Of a stretch of DNA of 64,000 nucleotides, positions 38,869 through 51,210 are shown piece after piece. Made by a program: the position numbers and the translations under genes. Location of the stretch: positions 1-64,000 of the forward strand of contig JAUGWO010000103.1 in assembly GCA_049724395.1 (NCBI GenBank), written 5' to 3'. The notes beneath the pieces were generated by a model. It had not been told where the DNA came from. It searched no databases and worked only from the letters and a program-made list of their open reading frames with translations. The DNA comes from Spongospora subterranea f. sp. subterranea. Its lineage: Eukaryota. The stretch's first letter is position 1. Every line of letters starts with the position of its first letter.

Positions 38869-39399
38869 ATGGATGATAGGGCGCCGAAGATGACCAGCTC
38901 TAAAGGTCAGCAAGTAATCCCCGAGTTCTTGGAAGACTCGTTCAGCACCCGCATCATGCTGATGTACGAGGACCTAGACGGGATCGGAAATCTCTACAAG
39001 GAGGTCAACGATTCGCTAGTACCACAGGTAGTGGAATCGCTGCAGTCCTCAACGGGACTGTTGCCGCAAAAATTGCCTGGTGATTCGTCGGAAACAGCTC
39101 AAGCTGGCAGCGGATGCATCAGTAATGTTCCAGAGAAAAGACGAGCTCAGATTAGTACGGAGAAGGTCGATAGGAAAACACAGCGCAAAGCGAAACACCG
39201 CAAAATTGAACACAGGCGTCGACGCAGCGAGCGGAAGATATTCGATGACCTGCGGGAGATTCTGGATGGCCAAAAGAAACACAGGGTGGCGATATTAACG
39301 GATTGTTTAAGTGTGTTGCGGAGGTACGAAAGGCTGAAGAAGACGCGGCCAGAGATCATCGCCGAGGCTGTTTGCCGACGACGAGGGCGAGGACGATGA
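38869..39399 (+). CDS. bHLH domain protein
   Basis: KHRKIEHRRR...FDDLREIL...RVAILTDCLSVL. The start codon is uncertain. Confidence 0.7.
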   Translation: MDDRAPKMTSSKGQQVIPEFLEDSFSTRIMLMYEDLDGIGNLYKEVNDSLVPQVVESLQSSTGLLPQKLPGDSSETAQAGSGCISNVPEKRRAQISTEKVDRKTQRKAKHRKIEHRRRRSERKIFDDLREILDGQKKHRVAILTDCLSVLRRYERLKKTRPEIIAEAVCRRRGRGR

Positions 39400-40239
39400 T
39401 TCGTCGCTGAACCGTTGTTATAACACTCCTGATATCGACACCGAAGGCCGCTTGCCGTGATTTTTATTTTGACATTTATCAAACCAATTCAACGCAGTAA
39501 ACAAGGCAATAACGAATGCAATACAGACTGAAAACCAAATTATTGATGTCTACACCTTTGTGGTTGTTGCTCAAATGTGCAATACCAGGGTTTGCTCGAG
39601 TTTTTCCACTGGGGTGTAGCTCTTCTGGCTCAAACGAATTGAAGCGGAATGTTTCAATAGATTTGTTCGATTGCTGGCCGGCGTAAGGATGAAGGAAAGA
39701 CCATCCGAATCGTATCAGTGATTAGAAAGAGTTCTTGTACCGAAGCGCTACACTGCAAGAACGTGCCGACATATGGTCGTCGAAAGGATATCAAGTCCGC
39801 TTGAGCCTCGTGATCGTTGGTTTGCGAATAACTCGAATGTGCAATTTCTGTAAATCATGTTAAGCGTCACATGATGAAATTTACAAGCTGTCAATACTAA
39901 AGAGGGCTTCCAATTGATTGTTATTCATTAATTGTTGGCTGGCCATTACCAGGTTTCATTGGGGTTCGAAGAAACTATGTTGGACTTGTTAATCGCTTGT
40001 CGTTTTCAAATCAAATGTTCGTCATTTGTGTGGAGAAATTATTGTTTTGCAAAGGATCTTAAACCCTCATCTCGAACACGCGGGGAATTGTAAAACCTGT
40101 TTGAGGCGTTGAACGAAGTAGAAACGGAACGTGATCGATCTCCTGTAATGATACAGGAGATCATTAAAACTGAAGAATCCCATGGTAGAAAAGCAATCCA
40201 TAATTTGCGTCAAATTGGGATTTAAACTTGACCGTTTTT

Positions 40240-41275
40240 GACATTTGGACCTCCTAGACGATCGGCACTCCCATGAAGGCCTCTGCGTCATAGCCACTCA
40301 GATAAGCTCCAAACGAACATGGCCAGTTCGGATAATTTTCACTTACCCCTGGTGTTCATCCTTGAAAGATGATGCACTTGCCATGACCCTCAATGTTCGC
40401 CTGATGCGGGCGAAGAGGTGGCCAGCACACCTTGTTCGCTGGTCATCACCATCGCTGGAGTCGTGGCGAATACTGCATCCTCGTACCCGAGGAGGATGGT
40501 GTGTGGCTCACCCTGGAGATCAACGAAGAGCTTCTTGCGCTTTGCGTCTTCGTCATCATCGTCATCGAGTTGACGATTTCAATGAAACCGCATTGGAGCG
40601 CATGGGGGATCATTCGGTGTTTTGACGGCTGACACCTTCAACATATATGAGGTTCAATAGGGGAACGGTGTTTCGCATCATCAAAAGTTCAGCCTTGCTA
40701 ACACGCTTGACTATCACATCTGACAAAAATTGACGCGATTTCACTGGAGGTTTTTTACTCGGTGTCGAATGCCGGCGACGATGGCGGACCGTTGACTCTG
40801 CGATCTCGAATAACGAGCCACACATCCCGTATAGAAACTCGCGTTGTAGGTGCCAGCCACCAACAACAGCCCCTGGACTCAAATGCGCTCCCATTGATGT
40901 CGTCAATGCGATGAAGATGAATGACGAGAATGCAAAGGCGAGAGAAGTGATTTTACGAAAACTTTATAGTGAATGAGCTGCACCACACCATCCTCGGGTA
41001 CTGTGATGCAGTTATGCAATATACGCCACGACTCCAACCATGGCATGGCGACACGAGCGCAAGCTGGGCTGACCAACTACTATGCGCCCGCGTTGGGCGA
41101 ACAATATGGGCCCAGGATGGCTAGGGTGTGTGGCATCGTTCTCCAGGACGTGACAATTATCAGACCTGGCCATGTTCGTTTGGAGAGATTGCAGAGGACG
41201 AGCTGGCAATGGAAGGACAAACGTTCTCTGGATTGGTCGCATGTTAGTCGATCAAGATCTCCCTCCGAAATGTGC
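40240..41275. repeat. Old, diverged inverted duplication (about 40240-40580 vs 40900-41275)
   Basis: Anchors ctccaaacgaacatggccag / ctggccatgttcgtttggag, ggagtcgtggcg / cgccacgactcc, and gaggatggtgtg / cacaccatcctc. Confidence 0.75.
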
Positions 41276-42770
41276 CATCGATAAGAGCAACTTATTAACA
41301 TTTTGAGAAGCTTTTCTAAAGTCTTTTTCTAAAAGATTATCGCGCCATAATACAGTAATAATCATTTGGATCTGATTGTGAACCATCACCTTTAGCAGAA
41401 GTATGATCAGCACGATGATCTTGCACGCTTGGGAAGACAAGCTCAGTAAGATAAGCGGCGATACTTGCTGGAACAAGGACTGAAGCAGCAGATACCGAAG
41501 ACGATCGAGCAGAGCCCATCTAATCATTTTGATCATGGCCCTGATCTTCTTCCTCTCATCGAGCAATCTTGCTGGCCGATGGGCCAGCAACGTGTAATCG
41601 GGTGAAATTTTGAAACGGGTTTGATCGGCAAAAAAAATGGGGTAGACGGTGATAATAGCCCAGGATAGCTCGTTTGTTTCTTGGCGAATTTGGTTCAAAT
41701 AAGCCAATCGATCATGAAGTCGGTTACGAGGCTCTAGCTCGGGATCTGGTTTCTGTAGTTGGTTCAATAAATGACACAAGGGATCCCAACCTGTAGAACA
41801 ACGACCCTCTATTGAAGCCCATAAGCAGTTATATGAGGAACATGTGGGATGGGAAATGAGATTCAAAATTAAATCTGGATCAAAAGCAACAAATCATCTT
41901 TGAAGAAAACAGGGTGCTCTTTGGTAGAACAGGGTGATGGCGCCAAGCTATGTAGGGTATGGTAATGCCCAATCGTAGCAAGTAGGTCATTTGACGATGG
42001 GCAGACTTGAAACCAGTGCTATAAAGCCAGTTCAACTTGTTTTCCAGATATCTATGGGTGGAACATTGTGAAGAAGACGTGAAGCAGTGCGACAATGATT
42101 GCTTTAGCCACAAATAGGAAAACAGACTGACAACAGGTCGCAACACAGACACTAGCGCTTGATGATTTCAGTTTGAATCGCAGCCTTTCATGAATTTACA
42201 TCTCAATCGAAACCGCTCTCGCCTTCATGATCAAGACTTAACGGTTTGTTCCAGATATTGATCAGGTCTGCTGGTTTGCACGCTAAACAAAGCCGAGTCA
42301 GTGTCAATATTTGTTTAACGTCTGATGAATCATATGTCAAACGGGTAAATCATGAAGAAAAGGAATTTGTCGTATTCAGACAACCTCACACAATGTCTGA
42401 TCTTCACCGATAATCGAAGTTCCGGTTCTATCGATTTTCGTACAGGTCAAGGGGGTTCATTTCAACATCGATTATTTCAGAGCTGGTCGTCGTTAAAAAC
42501 TCGTAGTTCTGTTTCTGTTGGAAAAGCGCTTTAACTTCGCTCATAAAAACAAAACAATAGTATTCGTCATAAAGTCACAAAGAGCACAGAAATGCCAATC
42601 GATCCAATCTAAATCTCACTGCCTACATTTTCGCCGAGCTTCTTTTCAACTAGGCCCATATTTGCATTATGCAACCACGGCCGGTATTTCCATGATGAAT
42701 ACCTGTGCCAGGTGATGAATTGGTTGGATGAATTCGGGAGAAAACAGCCGACGAATTAATACAATACGTT

Positions 42771-43412
42771 TTAGAGATCATTTTCGTCAGAATCGTCGGA
42801 AGCGAGGAAGAAGTCGTCCTGAGCGTCGAAGTCGCCTTCCTCGTCTGAATTAACCTGCTCGCCCTCGTTGCGTCTTCGTTGCTGTTCGGCCAGTCGTTCA
42901 GCGATCTGAGCCCGGATCTTGGCGATTTTGCGTTCGGCTCTCGGGTCGTTCCTTTCATCAACGAAGAGCGCCAGGTATTTCTTATCGGACGGGAAATATT
43001 TGATATAATTCAAATCGCTCCTGGCCGCCTCCAAACGCGCTTCGCATGCTTGACGATCGTCGCCGGCCGTTTCCAACGCGGCCGCCGCTTTAGTCACCCT
43101 CCTCTCCGCCTTTCTCCTCTCGAAAAACCGCACTGATTTTGTCAACCTGAACTTCGCCACTCTTTTCTCAATGGTTTTGGCCTTTTCCATTCGCTGTTCC
43201 AGCTCCTGAATCTGTTTTTCCTTGGCCTGGCGAACATCGGCTGGAAGATCCGGCTTGTTCAACAGTCGGCGAATACTCCGAATCTGATTCTTGAACGATG
43301 TTCGCTTTTCTTCCTTTTTGGGAGTCGATTTGTCGGTCTTCGATGCGGTGGACTTTGATATTTTCTTAGGACGATGTCCGGCGACCGCTTTTTTCGTTCC
43401 TGTAATCGTCAT
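42771..43412 (-). CDS. EFG1: rRNA-processing protein EFG1
   Basis: KNQIRSIRRLL, LPADVR, VRFFERRKAER, DLNYIKYFP..KKY.AL, acidic DDFF tail. Confidence 0.88.
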   Translation of the reverse strand: MTITGTKKAVAGHRPKKISKSTASKTDKSTPKKEEKRTSFKNQIRSIRRLLNKPDLPADVRQAKEKQIQELEQRMEKAKTIEKRVAKFRLTKSVRFFERRKAERRVTKAAAALETAGDDRQACEARLEAARSDLNYIKYFPSDKKYLALFVDERNDPRAERKIAKIRAQIAERLAEQQRRRNEGEQVNSDEEGDFDAQDDFFLASDDSDENDL

Positions 43413-43989
43413 GATTTTCGAAATCAAAACGGATCACGGCAGTCGACCCGACTCCGTCACGGACTTGCGCGACGGCCAGAAACGAAATGATCTGTGTTGG
43501 CAAGAAAATGCTTTTTTTTTATTTTGAGTAATGAGATTGAATTGGATTCAGGACGGAAGCTATGAGAACAAATTGGGCTGGTCAACTCCAAACAATCACA
43601 AGGGGCAACATCTTTTTGCGTCTGTGAAATGCGGCTGGTGTTTGATGTGAGACTCGTTGGTTGATGAATATGACCGGTGCGATTGGAAAGAGCGTCATTA
43701 TATTTGGGAAGAACACCCATTGTTGATGCATAAACAACTCTTGGCAACGGTATGTTTAACTATATCTTATCGTATTGATTCTTCACATACTATTATAACA
43801 ATGACAGCGATGATGGAGGCCAACGTCAACACGAAGCTCTCGGATTTTACAGGCAAACAATGGTTATTAAGACAATTAGAATTGCAAATGGTGTATTGAT
43901 CGGTTTGAATCCACCTTAATTTGTTTGAATGGCAAAGGGTGGTTGCTGGTCTCTTCTATAGTCACGTATGATCCACCTTCCTCCTTGTA

Positions 43990-45564
43990 AGCGAACCTGT
44001 GCTGGCGGGCGACAGGCGGTGGTAATGGCTGGTTCACGTTGGCTAATTCACGACATTACCCCCCGACGAGGCGAGCGGGTTCCAAACGCTCGAGGACGGC
44101 GAGGTGCCGTGAATGCGGGACCAGAAATTTCACGGTGAGCATGGTGAAACTGACGTCGTGGGTTATGATATCACAAGGTTCCCAATAACGATCGGCGGGA
44201 GTGTAGCCTTTCCAATCGCACAGATATTGAAGCATGGGGCGATGATACCGGGAGTCGAGAATGGCATTCACTAGATAGTGAGGAGCCTGGGAAGGGGCTG
44301 CAGCAGGCCTGAAGGTTTTATTCGGGAAGCCTTTGAGCGGGCACATGTTTCACACGAACGGATATACATTTTGACAAATAACGATAATCCAGGCCACCAA
44401 TAGTTGCGTTTTACGAGGTCGAGCGTCCGGGCGAAACCGAAGTGACCAGCGATGGGGGAATCGTGGCAAAGACGAAGCACAGCGAGACGACAATCGTCAC
44501 AATCTGGAACATAGATACGGCTTTCGAAAAGGAGCAAATTCCCGGCTCGAGAGACCTGGGAATTTGGGTCCATATCGTGGGAAACGAGACTGGGCGTATT
44601 CATCTCTAAAAGTAGCATCAACGAGGCGACCATGAAACGCAGGAAGTGTTAAGAGATCGAGATTCGGAGAAGCGAGAACGGCAAAGCCGAATGCCCTCTA
44701 GCGTCGGCATGATGTTGAGGCTGTCCCACCACGCCTCAGCGTTACTCCCATGTTTTCTCCCGAAGCTTTTCCAGCTCCCGTTTCTGCTCCTAATCATGTT
44801 CCAATCACTGGTTCCGTCCGAGATCACTCTCCTAGTTCTATTTCTGTTCCTGATCCTACTGTCTCTGGTTGCGTCCCAGACCTCATTCCTAACCCTGCCC
44901 TCCAACCCCTTCCTGTCCCTGGATCCTCTCCAGTTCTCGCTTCTGGTCGCTGGTCCTACCCCTCGCGCTTCCGCTACTCTCGCTTCTCCGGCTCTCGATC
45001 CCTTGATACTTCCTGCGTTTCATGGTCGCCTCGTTGATGCTACTTTTAGAGATGAATAAACCCAGTCTCGTTTCCACGATATGGACCCACATTCCCAGTT
45101 CTCTCGAGCCGGAAATTCGCTCCTTTTCGGAAAGTCGAAGCCAACGGAGCCAAATCGGCGAGAAGGAATAGGTAGAGGGCCACGATTCCCCCATCGCTGG
45201 TCACTTCGGTTTCGCCCGGACGCTCGACCTCGTAAAACGCAACTATTGGTGGCCTGAATTATCGTTATTTGTCAAAATGTATATTCGTTCGTGTGAAACA
45301 TGTGCCCGCTCAAAGGCTTCCCGAATAAAACCTTCAGGCCTGCTGCAGCCCCTACCGCTTCCTTCTCGCCCATTTGGCTCCGTTGGCCTTTTACCGACCT
45401 TCCGCTCTCAGAAAAAGTCGAATTGTATCTTAGTCTTTGTTGATCGCCTAACCAAGGTTGGTCACTTCGCTCCCTGTCATGGTCCTCCAGACGCCGAGAC
45501 TACTGCAAACCTGTTCCTTTTTACTATTGTTCGGGTTTATGACATCCCCCGATCAGATCGTTAG
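43990..45564. mobile_element. Rearranged Ty3/Gypsy chromovirus fragments forming a fold-back (44293-44677 vs 44978-45353)
   Basis: Integrase HDSPIAGHFG...WWP...CETC on both strands, chromodomain QYLCDWKGY, and PPT GGGGGGTAA followed by TGTCG on the minus strand at about 44055. Confidence 0.9.
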
Positions 45565-45744
45565 CGCGGCATTTTACTACAAACGCAAAAAAGATTTTGC
45601 CCTTTGTGATGGGCGCGACCTTCTTTGTGTCGCGGATTCTTGAGTGTATATAATGACACAGTCAGGAATAGATTACCTACGCGGGGGGCGGCCATCCGCG
45701 CACTTTTCAAAGTGTGCAGTCTTTTTTGGGCCCCCATAGTATGG

Positions 45745-45828
45745 AACTGTCATAAGCTCCAGGCGACCCTCTAACTGTCATAAGCTCCAGGCGACCCTCT
45801 AACTGTCATGAGCTCCAGGCGACCCTCT
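45745..45828. repeat. 3 x 28-bp tandem repeat (aactgtcataagctccaggcgaccctct)
   Basis: Direct reading. Confidence 0.95.
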
Positions 45829-46280
45829 ATGACGTCATATGTCATGACGTCATGTCACAAGGCATCATAAGGCGTCATTTCCATAAAAACGATCTTATTT
45901 TTTATTGTAAGCGAATTCAAGGTTCTGAATCGCTGTCGCTGTTAGCGGAAATAATATCTTCGTCGCCTTCCACATTGGAATCGTTGGTCCACATGTTCAT
46001 ATCGAAATTACGTGTTGTTGGAGCAAATTGAGCATCAACTGGAGTCAGCTGGTAAGCCCGTCACGCTGTTGCATCATAAGATCAGCATAACGGGTTAATT
46101 CCGACTCACTAAATGATGAAGATGCCCCAGTCATTGAGCGAAACATTAACATTAAATCTGAATTGCGACTTGGGAAAATACGCCCGGTCTTCAGTTTCCA
46201 AGTATTGTAGAGCCAGGCAATATCTGGTAGGGAAAAATTAATTTTGGTTTTCTCATGACGCCTTGTGACAGAGAGTAACA

Positions 46281-48287
46281 ACCCCATATGGATTACAGTA
46301 CGACCTATAGACTGCTACACAATCGAGAGAATCTCTTATGGCGTCATATGAGTGACAGATCCAAACCCCATATAGATTACAGTACGACCTATAGACTGCT
46401 ACACAATCGAGAGAATCTCTTATGGCGTCATATGAGTGACAGATCCATACCCCATATAGATTACAGTACGACCTATAGACTGCTACACAATCGAGAGAAT
46501 CTCTATCATATGGCGTCATATGAGTGACAGATCCATACCCCATATAGATTACAGTACGACCTATAGACTGCTACACAATCAGAGAATCTCTTATGGCGTC
46601 ATATAGACAGATCCAAACCCCATATAGATTACAGTACGACCTATAGACTGCTACACAATCGAGAGAATCTCTTATGGCGTCATATGAGTGACAGATCCAT
46701 ACCCCATATAGATTACAGTACGACCTATAGACTGCTACACAAGCAGAATCTCTTTGGCGTCATATGAGTGACAGATCCATACCCCATATAGATTACAGTA
46801 CGACCTATAGACTGCTACACAATCGAGAGAATCTCTTATGGCGTCATATGAGTGACAGATCCATACCCCATATAGATTACAGTACGACCTATAGACTGCT
46901 ACACAATCGAGAGAATCTCTTATGGCGTCATATGAGTGACAGATCCATACCCCATATAGACATTACAGTACGACCTATAGACTGCTACACAATCGAGAGA
47001 ATCTCTTATGGCGTCATATGAGTGACAGATCCATACCCCATATAGATTACAGTACGACCTATAGACTGCTACACAATCGAGAGAATCTCTTATGGCGTCA
47101 TATGAGTGACAGATCCATACCCCATATAGATTACAGTACGACCTATAGACTGCTACACAATCGAGAGAATCTCTTATGGCGTCATATGAGTGACAGATCC
47201 ATCATATAGATTACAGTACGACCTATAGACTGATCAGAATCTCTTATGGCGTCATATGAGTGACAGATCCATACCCCATATAGATTACAGTACGACCTAT
47301 AGACTGCTACACAATCGAGAGAATCTCTTATGGCGTCATATGAGTGACAGATCCATACCCCATATAGATTACAGTACGACCTATAGACTGCTACACAATC
47401 GAGAGAATCTCTTATGGCGTCATATGAGTGACAGATCCAAACCCCATATTTAGATTACAGTACGACCTATAGACTGCTACACAATCGAGAGAATCTCTTA
47501 TGGCGTCATATGAGTGACAGATCCATACCCCATATAGATTACAGTACGACCTATAGACTGCTACACAATCGAGAGAATCTCTTATGGCGTCATATGAGTG
47601 ACAGATCCATACCCCATATAGATTACAGTACGACCTATAGACTGCTACACAATCGAGAGAATCTCTTATGGCGTCATATGAGTGACAGATCCATACCCCA
47701 TATAGATTACAGTACGACCTATAGACTGCTACACAATCGAGAGAATCTCTTATGGCGTCATATGAGTGACAGATCCATACCCCATATAGATTACAGTACG
47801 ACCTATAGACTGCTACACAATCGAGAGAATCTCTTATGGCGTCATATGAGTGACAGATCCATACCCCATATAGATTACAGTACGACCTATAGACTGCTAC
47901 ACAATCGAGAGAATCTCTTATGGCGTCATATGAGTGACAGATCCATACCCCATATAGATTACAGTACGACCTATAGACTGCTACACAATCGAGAGAATCT
48001 CTTATGGCGTCATATGAGTGACAGATCCATACCCCATATAGATTACAGTACGACCTATAGACTGCTACACAATCGAGAGAATCTCTTATGGCGTCATATG
48101 AGTGACAGATCGACCTATAGACTGCTACACAACGAGAGAATCCATATAGATTACATATAGATTACAGTACGACCTATAGACTGCTACACAATCGAGAGAA
48201 TCTCTTATGGCGTCATATGAGTGACAGATCCATACCCCATATAGATTACAGTACGACCTATAGACTGCTACACAATCGAGAGAATCT
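46281..48287. repeat. Tandem array, ~24 x 84 bp
   Basis: Unit accccatatagattacagtacgacctatagactgctacacaatcgagagaatctcttatggcgtcatatgagtgacagatccat. Some units carry small indels. Confidence 0.98.
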
Positions 48288-48399
48288 TTAATGCAATTTG
48301 ATAAAACTGTGATTGCAAAACCCAACAAGTACTCCAATATGGTTTGATGATTTGTGAACTTTGGCAATGGCAGATACTGATGTAGTTCAATGGAGTAGT

Positions 48400-50388
48400 T
48401 CAGTGGTCAAACAGGTCAAGACCGTCATCTGAGGGTGTTTCCTTATCATTCTTGTGTTTTAGATCGCGGTCGTTAACAATACTATAAGGAATCGGGGTGA
48501 CCTTCCCGTCCAAAAGCATCTGTGCTTGTTCTAGCTCAGTCAGCTTCACCCTTAGCGCATCGCGTTTCTTGACCAGGGCAGTCACGGTCGAGAATGCTCG
48601 CTCAATCACGTCGTGTTGGACATCCTTGTGATGGGCGATCATGGCGCTCATCAAATCGTTGAGAATGCGCAGAGCACATTTTCCGATCCCGTCCACGAAC
48701 GTCGTGACGAAAACCCGCCAATACGACGCAAACGTGCGAAAGTACACTTTAGTCTGCTCCTTTAGAGATTCTCTCGATTGTAGCAGTTCCTGAACGTATT
48801 CATTGCCTCCAAATGCATCAAATAACTGCTGATCATCTATACGGTTATCGTCATTGTCGTCTTCCAAACCACTGATATACAAAGAGGTATTGACTGTCCA
48901 GATTGAACTGCACTCGTCCACACAAATCTCTTTCATTCGATCATCGAACTTTTTGCTCAATTTAGACATGACACCCGTCAGTTCGTCCTCAATCAGCATA
49001 AAACAGGGCCCATAAATCAGGTTGGATCCTTTCTCGTTTCTGACCCGATTCATGACCTCTTTGGCGATGAGGGCCAGTTGCTCCTCCATCTTCCTTCGCA
49101 AGAACCCAATAGCAAGTTGGGCGTGTCTGGCGACATTGTAGCGAATGAACTCCTCAATGGGATCATATGGTGTGAAATTCGGCAGCATGATTCCACCAGA
49201 TATTTCAAGGCATTCGACCAGCTTGACCAGTGAGTATCTGCCATTGTGAGGTTTTAGATAAGCATCTGGAATTTGGTCGAGTCTCTGGGCAATGGTCTCA
49301 CAGCATTGGTGAATTTCACGCTTGACGGTCAAGTCATCGGATGGGAACTTGACCACTTTTTCAATGGTGTTTGCCGCTTGGAGCCAAATCTGGGTGAATT
49401 CGACCTGAGGCGAAATTACATCTGGAAACTGCACCAATTCTTTCTCATATTTCGCCCGTTCCTCGAACAGCTTCTTTCGCAGAGGGACTTGGGAATCCAA
49501 CACCGCCTGACAGTAGAGAGTCTCAATCCTTTTCAACAGCGCCTTGATCCCCGTCCGATCCCGGTAAATTCTCGAGTCAATCATCGAGTTCGTGGCGAAA
49601 TATTCCTGCTCTTTCTGGTGGGCGTTCGCAAACGTGATCGTCTCGTGCTCGCTCGTGGACGGATTACGAACCGCGACGTACGTGATGTTTGGGTCGTTCA
49701 GCTTCCTGATGACGTTGGCCTCCATATCTGCTGGGTCCGAGACCATGTCCACATGTGTCAGAACGCACAAGGTTCGTAATCCTTTCTCATCGACCTTGGC
49801 GGCCAGTTCAAATCCCTGATTTGTGTCGGCATCGACAGTTGCGTTATGCACGACCAGAATGATCGCCGATTTCGGCTGGATATACGTCCGGATCATGGAC
49901 TTGATACGCTCGCCAGCGTCTTTAGTGTCGTATTTGATTCCTGGCAGGTCGATCATGGTCACATTGGGACTACTCTCCGACTCAATTCGTAAAGTCATCG
50001 GCTGATCGACGATCCCGGTCAAATTCCCCTCCTCCTTTTGTTCTTCATCGCTACGTGCCGTTTCAGCAACGACGGCTTGGCAAACCTCGTCGGTGCTGAT
50101 GTCGGTTTCTTGTTGCCCGAACGTCGCCTGAAACTTGATGGATTCCCGTCGGCCTTTTCGCAATTGCATAACGAGCGGCCGTTTGGTGACCATACCGCTA
50201 CCAGCTGGTAATTTGATCTCGGACGCTGCCTCCAATACGCTGCTCTTTCCATGGGATTGGGCCCCAACCACAACAATCGACGGCAGCAGGTTCTGAAAGT
50301 CTTTATTGCTCATCCCGATGATCGCCCGTATCTTATCGTTCTTGTCGAGAAGATCGAGGGTCTCAGGGGTATCGAAGGGGTTGTTCAT
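48400..50388 (-). CDS. Intronless dynamin-related GTPase (Mx-like), 662 aa
   Basis: G1 GAQSHGKSS, G2 VTKRP, G3 DLPG, G4 THVD, stalk LPNF, GED-like helical C-terminus. No PH or proline-rich domain. Confidence 0.92.
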   Translation of the reverse strand: MNNPFDTPETLDLLDKNDKIRAIIGMSNKDFQNLLPSIVVVGAQSHGKSSVLEAASEIKLPAGSGMVTKRPLVMQLRKGRRESIKFQATFGQQETDISTDEVCQAVVAETARSDEEQKEEGNLTGIVDQPMTLRIESESSPNVTMIDLPGIKYDTKDAGERIKSMIRTYIQPKSAIILVVHNATVDADTNQGFELAAKVDEKGLRTLCVLTHVDMVSDPADMEANVIRKLNDPNITYVAVRNPSTSEHETITFANAHQKEQEYFATNSMIDSRIYRDRTGIKALLKRIETLYCQAVLDSQVPLRKKLFEERAKYEKELVQFPDVISPQVEFTQIWLQAANTIEKVVKFPSDDLTVKREIHQCCETIAQRLDQIPDAYLKPHNGRYSLVKLVECLEISGGIMLPNFTPYDPIEEFIRYNVARHAQLAIGFLRRKMEEQLALIAKEVMNRVRNEKGSNLIYGPCFMLIEDELTGVMSKLSKKFDDRMKEICVDECSSIWTVNTSLYISGLEDDNDDNRIDDQQLFDAFGGNEYVQELLQSRESLKEQTKVYFRTFASYWRVFVTTFVDGIGKCALRILNDLMSAMIAHHKDVQHDVIERAFSTVTALVKKRDALRVKLTELEQAQMLLDGKVTPIPYSIVNDRDLKHKNDKETPSDDGLDLFDH

Positions 50389-51210
50389 GATTTGATGATC
50401 TTTGTCTCGTTTAACTCGCCAATTACACTATGATGCATTCTCCCTTAACCGGCGCATGGTTTGTCTGTCGGCCTTATCTCGGCGGTACTTGAAACCCCCA
50501 TAAACATCATAAGTTGGGGTCGGACGAATTGTGGATCAGATACCGCCGTCAATATGACAAAATGGATCACGACCTCAAAACCTGCAGTTCAGAAAACTTT
50601 TGGTGCTGTCACTTCACTCGTGGACGGAATTTGAGAATGTGCACATCTCAACATCAAATATGAAAGCATTGTTGATTGGCCCCTTTCCGTTCACCATAGT
50701 AAATAGTGATTGACGTCCACTATTCGATTGAGCATTCGTCCAGATGGCGAATCAATAACACATTGGTCGTGTCGCTATTGCAAATCATTACTATCTCCGG
50801 AATATCTCTGGGCGCGTTTTGGAGGAACACCCACAGTCGGCAATTGTACTCATGACGAACCCCCGATCGACCGTTCCATGAAGGTCAGGACGGGTTGGAT
50901 TATCGAATTCATCGGCGACTCCTCAATTGTTCAACTTGATTGGAACGGTTAAACTCCATTTGAAGGGTCTACGGGAACCCGCAAATGGACTTGCTGAGTA
51001 TTCTTTCATTGCTGCGACGACGTATAACCAAGTTGCATCAACGGTATCCAGAAAATCTGTAATTGACCCAAGGAAAGAGAATGTCAGGACACGTATTATT
51101 TCCCAAGACACGTCCCTGGCATATTCCAGTCGTATCTATTTAACCATTCAGATCGCCAGATAAAAGGGGTCAATCGTCTAATAGGCCTGGGTAATAGCTG
51201 CAACAGTGAC

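Noticed and set aside
46281..48287. CRISPR-like array or 28-aa repeat protein
   Set aside because: Units are head-to-tail with no variable spacers. Frames are broken by indels and show no synonymous-type variation.
50710..51160. Glycosyltransferase family 8 remnant
   Set aside because: The resemblance is limited to one short stretch with no clear DxD context.
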